From Carpediemonas membranifera BICM (Eukaryota; Protista; Fornicata), in NCBI GenBank assembly GCA_019828565.1, contig JAHDYR010000067.1, forward strand, positions 588,244 through 652,243: DNA of 64,000 nucleotides, given 5' to 3'. The notes under the pieces are model-generated. The model did not search any database. It was given only the letters and a program-made list of their open reading frames with translations, and was not told the origin of the DNA. Below are positions 1 through 9,363 of the stretch, piece after piece (within the stretch, counting starts at the first letter, position 1; each line of letters begins with the position of its first letter). The position numbers and the translations under genes were made by a program.

Positions 1-1263
1 GGAAGTAGTGCAAGAGAAGAGAAGGACCGCTCTGTCGCTCGAGTCAAAAACTGCACCGCACTCGCCGGTGGATTCACCCTGGGAAACGAGCACGATCTCA
101 TCAATGCAGCCAGCCTGAGTCTCGGTGCAAATGGTGACCTCATCCATACCCAGCCCAGTCTTGGTGGCAGCGTCGCGGAACCACAGGGCTGCCTGGGTCG
201 AGTTCTCCACACGAGTGTATGTAAGCAGACCAGAGGCAGGCGCGTCGTACTCGTAGTTGCCTATGGATTCGACGTCAACCTTGGTGATAATATCCGGAGT
301 GGATACATCAACGCTGTCGTTGCATGAAGAGCAGCTCATCGTGTTCCAAGAGAGGGTGAGCTCCGCGTTGAGGGGAGACCTTATCACTTGGTGTGACTTG
401 GCGCTGTAGTCCTCGAGGCACTTCCCCTCATTACACGAGCTGAGGCAGAGAACATCGCACGTGTCGAGGTCGCATACAGCGTTGGCAGTGTTGAAGGTGA
501 AGTCGGCAATGTCGGCGTCGACTTCGAAGCCGCAGGCACGGGTGTAGAGGCCTTCGTCGAACGTGAGCTCCTGGTTGAACTCGAGCTTATCGCCCAGACC
601 GTATGCGAAGGTGAGCTCGCCGATCTCTGCCGCAGGTGAGGTGTTCTTGGTGACTGAAGAAGTCATCCGCGTGCGCGCAAAAACAGAGAACGGAACAACG
701 AACTCCTCGAAACCGCGCTCAGTAACCGTGGTGACGATGTTGATGTGGAGGTCTCCGCTGTATCCGATGGAATCCAGGCCTACGATTCTCGAGATCATGT
801 GCGCAGTTCCAAGCTGGCAATCTTCATATAGATCAATAACACTTGCTTCGAGGATATAAGTCACTGTACTGCAGGTATACTCAACGTTCCAGATGCCACT
901 GTTGGGAGGGCCGGGGAATCTGATGTCGGTGGTGTCGAGGTCGGCAGCAGAAAGGGGCTCGAGGTTGTCCCAGCCTTCGTCGGAATCCCACGATTCAGAG
1001 ACACGGTTCTCGCACTGGTAGCCGAAGTTGAGGCCGCGGCTGACAGGGTTGTAGGGGACGAAGCCGACGACGGCCGCAGTGAGAGGATCGTACGGCACAA
1101 CGACTTCGAAACGAAGGGTGAATGTGTCCGGATCAATCAGTGTAATCGAAACGTCAGGGGTTTGGGAAGGTTCAAGAGCAAGCTTGTTCAAAGGCAGGCC
1201 GCATGAGGGAGTCTCGGCGAAGCACAGGACAACGCAGAGAAGGAGAATCAGAGGAATGTTCAT
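1..1263 (-). CDS. Secreted/surface Cys-containing protein of unknown function (3' end runs off the window)
   Basis: Hand translation from ATG at 1263 gives MNIPLILLLCVVLCFAETPSCG..., a signal-peptide-like start. The frame is open to position 1, so it has no stop and is absent from the ORF track. Confidence 0.8.
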   Translation of the reverse strand, partial: MNIPLILLLCVVLCFAETPSCGLPLNKLALEPSQTPDVSITLIDPDTFTLRFEVVVPYDPLTAAVVGFVPYNPVSRGLNFGYQCENRVSESWDSDEGWDNLEPLSAADLDTTDIRFPGPPNSGIWNVEYTCSTVTYILEASVIDLYEDCQLGTAHMISRIVGLDSIGYSGDLHINIVTTVTERGFEEFVVPFSVFARTRMTSSVTKNTSPAAEIGELTFAYGLGDKLEFNQELTFDEGLYTRACGFEVDADIADFTFNTANAVCDLDTCDVLCLSSCNEGKCLEDYSAKSHQVIRSPLNAELTLSWNTMSCSSCNDSVDVSTPDIITKVDVESIGNYEYDAPASGLLTYTRVENSTQAALWFRDAATKTGLGMDEVTICTETQAGCIDEIVLVSQGESTGECGAVFDSSDRAVLLFSCTTS

Positions 1264-1488
1264 TGTTTCAGTCTCAGAGAAGATTTGTGAGGAGAACACT
1301 CGCAATGTAGCTTAGTGAGATACGGTGCTGTACCCACTGCTGTTGTACAAGATTGCCATGACACCTTGAGCTCTTGACACGTACATTTGGAAATGTATAC
1401 ATGTAATTATGCTGTCACCGGCACTGCATTGCCAACCGTGCACTCGGACAAGTCGCTCCATTCTTTCATTTACACCGTGCTTCTTTCC

Positions 1489-2159
1489 CTAATCCTGCTT
1501 GAGCTCAAACGTCGTCTCCTCGGGCGCCTGACCCCGCCGCAACACGTGGATCTTCACGAAGTCACCTGTGTGGATGTCCCTCTCGCCCGCACTTGTGATG
1601 GCGTCCTTGACAAGCCCGAGTGCTTCGTCGAACGGGATAGGCGTCTTGCGGCCCTTCATCTGACTGTCGAGCAGAGGGAACATCAGGCTCGCCGCTGAGC
1701 CGGCGCATGAACACTTGTACTCCTGGAAGTTTCCTACAGCATCGTATTCGAAGATTCCCGTAGTGCCGTCAGGTTTGATGCCACCAACAATGTTGAACGT
1801 GTAGTAGGGGAAGAATCGCCGGCCGTAGAGGGTGTTGCCGAGGTACTGGGAGAACGCGCTGAGGCTGATGTCCGCGCCGGTGTCCTGCTTGAACTGCTTC
1901 GAGTGCAGAAGAAGGTTCTTCTGGAGCGTGAATATGTCGGCTTGCATGCCAGCTGAGGCAATGAATATGTCATCAGTGCTGTGTGATAGTATATATAGCG
2001 CAGTACGTACATCTTGGCGACCTTAGAGACGTTCCTCGAGGCTATGCAGTACGAATTCTGTGTGAGACGCGTATCGCCAGCGATGATGACGAAATCCTCG
2101 CCAGCGACGGCGATTACGGTTCCTCCATTGTCTGTATATGGCTCAAACTGCGAGCTCAT
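1489..2159 (-). CDS. PSMB1: 20S proteasome subunit beta type-1 (beta6/PRE7-like), 2 exons
   Basis: Motifs FEPYTDNGGTVIAVAGEDFVIIAGDTRL, LYGRRFFPYY and ERDIHTGD. Removing a 32-nt intron at 1979-2010 (GTACGT...CACACAG) joins the two ORFs as KVAK-ITDDIFIASAGMQAD. Confidence 0.95.
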
Positions 2160-2307
2160 TGTCTTGTGTATGCTCTGCGGCGGTGCACCTTTTGACACGA
2201 ATCAATTGATCGAGTCGCCGTGCCGCGAGCAAGAGAAGAGGAGGGTATAGCGGCTTTCTAGGGTGACTGTCAGGCTGGGATGGGCGTGGGGTGGTCTGGT
2301 GTTTGCC

Positions 2308-2492
2308 ATGTGCCGCGCAGGATACGAATATTTGAGTCCAAAACACACAGTGATCCGAGCAGCACTAGTGTCTCTCACAACAGACGAAGATGCCGAAGAC
2401 AACGACGACATGAGCTTCAGACGCCGGCAATGGACGACAGATGAGCGCGTAACAGACGAGCACAGACGCGAAAGAAGACAGCAGCGTTCGAC
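2308..2492. mobile_element. Short non-coding derivative of the Fanzor-bearing element
   Basis: 2308-2364 matches 7739-7793 and 2365-2492 matches 8891-9018. The intervening 1.1 kb, which holds the Fanzor ORF, is absent. Confidence 0.7.
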
Positions 2493-2747
2493 CTCCCAGA
2501 CAGGGCCTGAAAGGAACGATCAAAGTGCCAAACTGCACAACATCATCCGTCCGTAGACGAATGTGCGCACTACAGGTGTGCAGCTGGTCATAGATGAAGA
2601 TGACATATAAGAGCCGACGATGAACACCATTACCAGCATATACAAGTGTAGAAGTGAATTTAATGTGGAATAGAAGACAATGAGACGACGTGTGAGCGAT
2701 TGTGATGTTTGCAGCTGTGCTGACGTCCACGAAGAAGACGCTTTGTG

Positions 2748-2820
2748 GAAGCCCTGGAGAAGACGATCTCCCTACCGACTTAAGACGTGAGTAGGAGGGA
2801 GACAGGGCAGTGTTGCGCAG
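2748..2820. repeat. ~73-bp dispersed hairpin-forming repeat, copy 1
   Basis: Near-identical to 56761-56833; contains the inverted pair TCTCCCT...AGGGAGA. Confidence 0.85.
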
Positions 2821-2900
2821 TATAAACACATTGTTCGACCCATGCCGCGCCCATGCCAGACGGCTAAACCTGCGTGTTCAGCCGCATCCTCACTAGAACC

Positions 2901-3495
2901 ATGAAGTCGGTTGTTTCAGCGACTATTTTGTTATTAGTGTTGTTTGCATCTGTAGTTTGCATAGATTCCCCAAGTGAGATGCTTCTTCCCGCCTCCTGGA
3001 AGGCAGACATCATGTTTGGTTAGTTTCACCTCATTCATTGCTGATCTAGTGTACAAAACCGAAGTAGGCGCAACATACCATGCCAGCATATTCATTGACT
3101 ATGAATCTCAATCCGCACAACTCAACTACACGACCAACGGCATCAACATCGTCGTAACCCAATCAGCGGCAACCTCCGCCCATGGAGTCACTCTTCTGGC
3201 GTCATACGCGAAGAATACAGGCCACTGGCACTGCTACGCAAGTCACGATCCCTATCCTATCGGTCTCCCACGCAACATTTTGGTCAAGGGCTCCACGTAC
3301 ATTGGAGAAGATTTGGTTGACTATCAATGTGTAGATGTGTATCTCCTGGATAATGGGAGCAGGCTGTATACCGAGTGTGACTCTGTTATGCCGGTCATGC
3401 TTGAGTATGCTGAAGTCGTACAGTATTTTTCGCACTTTAATGCGCCGGCGCCGCCAATCACTGTTCCTGAGACATGTGTTCTTCATCAGCCTTGA
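2901..3495 (+). CDS. Small secreted protein, 2 exons; possibly ependymin-related/LolA-like fold
   Basis: Signal peptide MKSVVSATILLLVLFASVVC. A 31-nt intron at 3019-3049 (GTTAGT...CTGATCTAG) joins the frame to VYKTEVG. The C-terminal ...VPETC resembles ependymin-related proteins, but this family call is weak. Confidence 0.7.
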
Positions 3496-4416
3496 TCTAC
3501 CGTGTCAGCCAACACGGTCGTCATTATTTTAAAGGAACGCGAGCTGGTGATTTTCTCGAGATGTAGCAACTCAAGAGACCGAAATGTATCTTCATAAGCT
3601 TCTTAGCCTGTCGCTCCTCTAATTTTGACCCAGTACGGCTTGCTTCTTCATTTCGAGTTTGGACCATTTCTGTCATGGGAAGGTTATCTCCAGTTTGCCA
3701 GAAAGCTGGAGATGTCGATAATACTCGTTATGGCTTCTCTGGCCAACTTGCTCGCGTGAGACAGTCTATTGTGGCTATCATACATGATTGTGCTCAGTTT
3801 CTTGCGAAAGCTGTTGCCGTCTCTTATTGTTTGTTCATTTCGTGTTCTGATGATTTTTCTTGCCTCTGAGCCTTTGTGAAGAGAACACAGAAACAGGTGT
3901 TGCAACTTTTTATCTGATCACAATCATTCATCAACCATTACGCAGCTGAACCATCCATTCGCCTTGGTCATGACCATCTCTAACCAACATCAACCACCAG
4001 ACAACCAATCGCTCGACACCAAACTTGTGATAAAGAAACACAGAAGTGAGAGTTCATCAAACCATTTGGTCCTTTGCCATGTGGGACGTTCAAGCAGGCG
4101 CAGCAACAAGGCCAGCAGCTCAAGGAAGAAGACGAGGTGGTGAATGCAGTAGGCCTCGTGGCCCCGTCCCGGGTCGCCCAAATGCGGAACCAGGTGACTG
4201 CGCAAGTCTTCAACAAGGCTGTGCACGGGGCCGCGGTGTTGGGTGCGAAGAAGAAGAAGTGATGGAGTGGCTTGGGTCACCCTGGGCGGTGCCGCATTCA
4301 TGTCTTGGGCTGAGACGGTGTGAGTTATAAATGGGGCCGGCAGTCTCATCAATTTCCACAGTCAAGGCACCCGGCCTGGGACTACAGGTTGCCAGTCTAG
4401 TCGCACTTCAGAACTT

Positions 4417-6034
4417 TTATGATTGAGGGGTTGGGTCGACGTCGACCGGGGTGATGTCATGCCACCATTTAGGAGCCTTGCATTTGGCCAATTTAGCCAC
4501 CCCATCCGAATCTCCCACCTTGAACCACTGGCCGGTGGAGTCGCGGAAGCAGAGGGGGTCTTCAACATTAAACGCTGTCGCCTCAATTGGAACCATAGTA
4601 CGATTCTCATCCTCGTAATAGTGGGTGACACCTCGGTCACCCAGACCATCCGATCATAGTCACCCCAGAACCCCTTGACCCTCTCTGGGAACCGGAGCGG
4701 GGTGGATGTGATGCACTTGTCGTCCCTGCGTTTTCCAGGCAGCAGGCCCGACTGGGCGATATGAGGGCGAACTCGACCAGCGAACAGCAGCTGGCGGCCA
4801 CCGAGGAAGACGGTGAAAACAAATGCAGAAGTCATGATCCGGTCGACCCAGAAGGGCAGGTCGACGAAGCGTGTCATATCATCATCGTGCCCGAGTCCCA
4901 GCCGGCCACAATAGTTGCCCCCGCTGATCATCTGCCGATCGCCCATTGAGAGGATGACAGTTGTTGCATTGAGCAGACCTGCATGCATGATGTGATCTGG
5001 GACAAAGCCAGACGGCACTGCTACTGGGTGGAAGAAGTAGTAGTTCTCCCGCTCGACTGGGCCGACGAAGCGCACCGAAGCAGCGCCAGCCATGACAGTG
5101 CCGACCGGAGTGAGGATGAACGTCTGGTAATCCTCTATCGACACAGCAGTCACCATCCTGTGCTTCTCCCAGGGGGGCAGGCTGGCCTCGAGCGCGGCGA
5201 CCTTGAGGCAGGCGGGGAAGGTGAGGCGGGTCGGGTCGTTGAACTCAAATGACTCGAACCCCAGCTGGCCAAACCCGTTCTGCCCCCAGCCCCACAGACC
5301 CTTGGGCGTCCTGGCGATGTGGGTGAACCAGTCGCTGTAGACCTCGAGGGCCCTGGGCATCCTGGCCCTGGTGAGGGCGGTGTGCTTGTCAGTGTCGAGC
5401 ATGAAGAGTCGGCCCATGTACATGCGGTGGTGGTAGCAATATTCGTACTCTGTGAACTGATAGCACTCGCCGTCCTTCTCGGCGATGTTCAGCGTGAAGA
5501 AGAACTTGCGGCAGAGGAACCAGAGGCACTTGGCCTCGGGGGCGAGAGCGTTGCGGATCTTGTCGTGCATCTCGGGATTGTGCGGCCACTCCTCTTGAGC
5601 CTCCTTCAGCACCCTGTCCTCGAGGTCGGGGTTGGCCCCGCCACCCAGCAGACACGCCCACACCGCGCCCTGGTTCAGCGTGTGCAGGGCGACCGGGAGC
5701 TCCTCGCCATCCGCGAGCTCGACGTTCATGGACAGTGGGGGGCCGCTGGTGAGGATCGAGCGGGCGCGGTCGAGGAGGGCTTGCGCGGTTGGTTCGAGAG
5801 GGGGCAGCTTGGAGAGCGTGGCGAGGAGGGATCCGAGAGAAGCGACGCTCGCTGGTGTAGAAGTGCCCTTGTCGTTGTGGATCGAGGGCATCTGCCCGTC
5901 GAAGTGCCTGGAGTAGGCGCACTGGATCAAGGATGGGATGTACCAGAGATGGAGGCCGTCACAACAAGCGAGGCGCGATATGCGGTGATCAGCGCATCTC
6001 TTATGGCAGATGGCGAGGAACTAGCGCTGCTCAT
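4417..6034 (-). pseudogene. RCC1-repeat mosaic family copy A (-1 frameshift near 4631; may be an assembly error)
   Basis: RCC1-type repeats GLWGWGQNGFGQLGF and MISGGNYCGRLGLGHDD. Reads GACACCTCGG here versus GACACCCTCGG in other copies. The family stop is at 4417 and the MPSIH ATG at 5891. Confidence 0.85.
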
Positions 6035-6249
6035 TGGTTTCAGCGCTCAGCTCGGTGGTTGCCAAATTCTGACTGCCGACTCGCCGACCGCCGACGCCAG
6101 CTGGGAGGTCGCGATGTGAGGCATGACCTTGACTAAGTCGGCTGGCACTGTGTGCCAGCCGTGGGCGTGGGTTTCACTCCATCGATACGGCTTCAATCCC
6201 TACGTCGGCATTATCCGGATGGACGCTCTCCATAAAGAACCGCAGCGCT

Positions 6250-7467
6250 TTACATTTCCTCGTCGTCGACCTCCTCGCCGGCCGCCCCGCCCTTCTTCTC
6301 CGTGTTATCCTCAATGGTCTGCCGCACCTTAGCGCACTTATCTTTGAGAACGGCGAGGGCCTTACGAACGATGTCCTCAGGCTCCATGGACCCGATAGAC
6401 TCAACCTTGAAGAGATAGTCGCCCTTGACCTTCAGGAGCTGCACGTGAGTGGCGAGCTCGTCGTCCTGGATGCATTCGCGGCACATGGTACAGCTCGAAG
6501 GGTTGTTGAGCTTGACCTTGTAGAGCTTGTCGCCATCAAGCATAGACTTCGTCTCGATAAGCTTGAACACGGAAGAGGTGTCCGAGCCGGTGGAGGTGCC
6601 GGGGTTGAGGCTCAGAGGACATCTGGTCACAAGATCGTGACGCAACTTGTTCATCGTCTTAACCTGCACCTTTTCAGCCCCACTAAGCTTCTTCACGTTG
6701 ATCTTCTCCTCGCCAAGCATCTCCTTAGAGAGCCTGATGTCGTTCTGTAGTCTATAAACGGCCGTCCCGACCGGAGAGAACTTTGCGTGGTCCCGGCCGA
6801 CGCCCTTGACGCAGTGGAGCTCGAGGTCGAGCGACTGGCCTTGGCACAGCTTCATGATGGGGATATCGCCGTGCACGGGGCCTGGTAGTGGGAGCTCGTT
6901 TCCAGCCTCGTCGTGGGTGAGGCGGTCGTTGTACTGGTGGGACTCGTCACGGTGCCACACGAGGTCCCTGGAGTAGACAATGCCGTTGTCAGGAGTGAGG
7001 ACGCCGTTCTCCATCTTGCAGTCGACCTTGAGTGTGAAAACGATGGTGTTGAGCTCGGTCCCGCTCTCACTTCCGTCGGTGGCGAAGTACTCGAACTGGG
7101 AGGGGTCTAGGCGAAGGGGAACAAGGCCGATACGGTGGGCTAGGACCTCGTCTTGCATGATAGAGGTGTTGTTCTTGATCACGGCCTTCTCGATGGCGAC
7201 AGTGGGCACTTCGGAAATCATAATGCGGCGGAGAGCGTTGGCAATGGAGGGATCAGCGTTAATGAGTTCAAACTCAAGCTCGTTCTCATGCTTGCTGAGG
7301 ATCTTAACAGAAAGCTGCTCGGAGACTTGATTCTCAGGAGTGGAAAGGGAAAAGGCGGTTCCCGAGGTTGTGGCCGTCTTTGTAAGCTGCAAAGAGAATG
7401 GGAAACGTACATTCGAGATTCCGTACTTGGACACTTGCGCAAACTGGTCAGGATCAGCCCGTTCCAT
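6250..7467 (-). CDS. POLR1C: RNA polymerase I/III shared subunit AC40 (RPC40)
   Basis: Motifs SIANALRRIMISEVPTVAIE, DEVLAHRIGLVPL, KGVGRDHAKFSPV, CTMCREC and FKVESIG. Start uncertain; possible in-frame 24-nt intron at 7387-7410. Confidence 0.93.
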   Translation of the reverse strand: MERADPDQFAQVSKYGISNVRFPFSLQLTKTATTSGTAFSLSTPENQVSEQLSVKILSKHENELEFELINADPSIANALRRIMISEVPTVAIEKAVIKNNTSIMQDEVLAHRIGLVPLRLDPSQFEYFATDGSESGTELNTIVFTLKVDCKMENGVLTPDNGIVYSRDLVWHRDESHQYNDRLTHDEAGNELPLPGPVHGDIPIMKLCQGQSLDLELHCVKGVGRDHAKFSPVGTAVYRLQNDIRLSKEMLGEEKINVKKLSGAEKVQVKTMNKLRHDLVTRCPLSLNPGTSTGSDTSSVFKLIETKSMLDGDKLYKVKLNNPSSCTMCRECIQDDELATHVQLLKVKGDYLFKVESIGSMEPEDIVRKALAVLKDKCAKVRQTIEDNTEKKGGAAGEEVDDEEM

Positions 7468-7738
7468 AGCTTTGTGGATCGCTCGCTCTAGGTCCTAGTA
7501 AAATACGTACAGCGAAACAGCATCAAATTCATCCAAGATCTCACGCAATGCGCAAGCTCTGTCCCACTCCGTGAGTATGTGTTGTTTACCATGCCATTTG
7601 TCGTTTCACTCTGGTCGAAGTGAGCGGCAAAGACGGACCCAACCTTGTCGAGAATGAACAGAATGATACTCGCATCCTATACAACGCTGTGTTACCTTAT
7701 CATCGCGCATGCGTAGACCCCATGAGAGCTTCATTCCA

Positions 7739-7881
7739 ATGTGCTGCAGGATTAGAATTGTTGAGTCCAAAACACACAGTGATCCGAGCAGCATCAGGAT
7801 CGCAGTGTGGTTCATCATACTCTATCAATCGTGCGCAGGATATCACGCGTGCTGCAGCGCGTGCTTGCTCAACTTAGCAAG
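7739..7881 (-). ncRNA. Putative Fanzor omegaRNA scaffold / right end
   Basis: Three hairpins directly after the stop codon: 7864-7881 (CTTGCT/AGCAAG), 7844-7863 (CACGCG/CGCGTG) and 7773-7809 (CACAC..GATCC/GGATC..GTGTG). They are followed by a terminal motif found three times in the window. Position matches known TnpB/Fanzor architecture. Confidence 0.45.
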
Positions 7882-8756
7882 TTAATGATAGCGAGGAAGA
7901 GCACCTCTCTGGGTGCCGTAATGGAAAGGAGATAGCCCTATCTGATCTGGAGTTGCATCGAAGGTGCACCAAAGGATGTTCTCGCTGGCGCTCTTATCTC
8001 GGTGAGAGCGATTGAGAAGTATGTCTCTCTGCTCGGGATGCCGACGTAGCCGTTCAACGCGCCATGGAGCTCCCTCGCACGCGGGATTCAGGCAGAGCAT
8101 GGTGCGGTGTGTGTGCACCACACGTCTGAAGTGTGCTTTGCAGTATGGGCACATGATGGAAGTGCGGAATTCCGAGACCATCGTGACACTCACGACGACT
8201 TTGTGCCGGAGCATGATGCTAGGGAGAGCTCGAGCAAAGTGGCGGTACGGAGCACAGGAGGGAGTGCCGGCGGAACCGAACAGTGCAGCCCCATACGCGA
8301 CTTCGAGATGAATGGGCTCAGGGGGGCGCCCGCCGAGATCATCCAGGAGTTGACGTCCAGCCCGGGCGAAGTGCTTCAGGCGCAGACAGTGATTGGCAAA
8401 ACTCGCACGGCGGAAACACTTTCTCGTCCCCTCGTTGATGATCTGAACGATGTTCTCGTGGACAAACCTAATCGACTGTTTGAGAGCCTCTAGACTTGTC
8501 ATTTTGAACGATGCTGCGCTCATATTCACGCGGAAAGAGGGGGTGGCAACAGGTTGACCGTCCTCGGTGGGGTCAACGCGTGCGCAGATGCAGAGACGCA
8601 CGCAAGCAGGCAAGTGAATGTGTACTTAGCCTGCGTGAAAGAACGCATGCCGGGTTCAAGATTTCCTCGCCGCGGCGCGTTGTTATCGCCTCCGCCGTTA
8701 ATCTCGACAATGGCCTTGTTAACGGAAGCCTTCACCGTGTATATCTTGGAAGGCAT
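7882..8756 (-). pseudogene. Internally deleted/frameshifted Fanzor1 (eukaryotic TnpB-like RuvC nuclease)
   Basis: Ordered motifs: VAYGAALF, P-x-R-x-F-A-R-A-L, VSEFRTS (RuvC-II E), CPYC...CLNPAC (Zn ribbon), HRDKSASENIL (RuvC-III D). An upstream frame starts MPSKIYTVKASVNKAI, Fanzor1-like. No clear in-frame RuvC-I, and the length is well below a full Fanzor. Confidence 0.8.
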
Positions 8757-9130
8757 CGGAGTTTATTGAGCTGCCTGCATCGATCATTTCTTTTCAGGGT
8801 TCATCAGCTGGCAGCATCCCTCAAAATACAAGAAACCAGCATCATATAACACAAAGCGTCTTTACTACAAGCTACAACCGCTTTCCACCACTAGTGTCTC
8901 TCGCAACAGACGAAGATGACGAAGACAACGACGACATGAGCTTCAGACGCCGGCAATGGACGACAGATGAGCGCGTAACAGACGAGCACAGACGCGAAAG
9001 AAGACAGCAGCGTTCGACACAGACGATGGACGACAGACGACAGACGACGCATCTTTTCGTGCAGACCGACGACTGAAAGCACGACAGACCGATGGCACAG
9101 ACGAGGGCTGAAGTGGGTGAGTGGAGGTAG

Positions 9131-9166
9131 TGTGCCGCGCATGATTAGAATTGTTGAGTCTAAACA
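9131..9166. repeat. Third copy of the element terminal motif
   Basis: TGTGCCGCGCATGATTAGAATTGTTGAGTCTAAACA, similar to 7740-7774 and 2309-2345. Confidence 0.75.
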
Positions 9167-9363
9167 ATCGCCGACGCCCTCATTTCCGCTACCCTTCTTC
9201 CCTTCTGGTGTACGACAGGTGGGCCGTCAGACTGAACCTGTTCAGTCCTCTGGAGTTCATCCCAGGGGGGTCGACAGCTTAAGTCACCTTTACATGAATC
9301 CTCCACATAAACCTCTAAATACCACATCCAACAAGCACTATTCTGCGTCCGCCCGCCACCATC

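Larger units (their letters stand above)
7739..9018 (-). mobile_element. Fanzor-bearing element; boundaries inferred from the shorter copy at 2308-2492
   Basis: Both terminal segments are shared with 2308-2492. Contains a Fanzor-like ORF followed by stacked hairpins. Confidence 0.65.

Noticed and set aside
3970-4262. Small plus-strand ORF ending GAKKKK
   Set aside because: No convincing ATG or intron model and no recognisable motif.
4625-4640. Programmed phase variation at the frameshifts in copies A and I
   Set aside because: Both are single-base losses in 3-C runs, typical of long-read consensus errors or ordinary decay; the runs are too short for slippage switches.
5319-6119. Long antisense and alternate-frame ORFs over the RCC1 copies and other GC-rich genes (e.g. 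14274-15233, 24172-25227, 49118-50026)
   Set aside because: Shadow ORFs caused by GC3-rich codon usage. They have no motifs, and their ends vary between copies.
8640-8665. NLEPGMRS as the Fanzor RuvC-I motif
   Set aside because: It has E rather than D, lies only ~30 codons from the N-terminus and is out of frame with the RuvC-II/III ORF; probably coincidental.
8891-9120. CAGACGA-rich stretch as a CRISPR array or a coding region
   Set aside because: No regular repeat-spacer period; it is degenerate low-complexity sequence.
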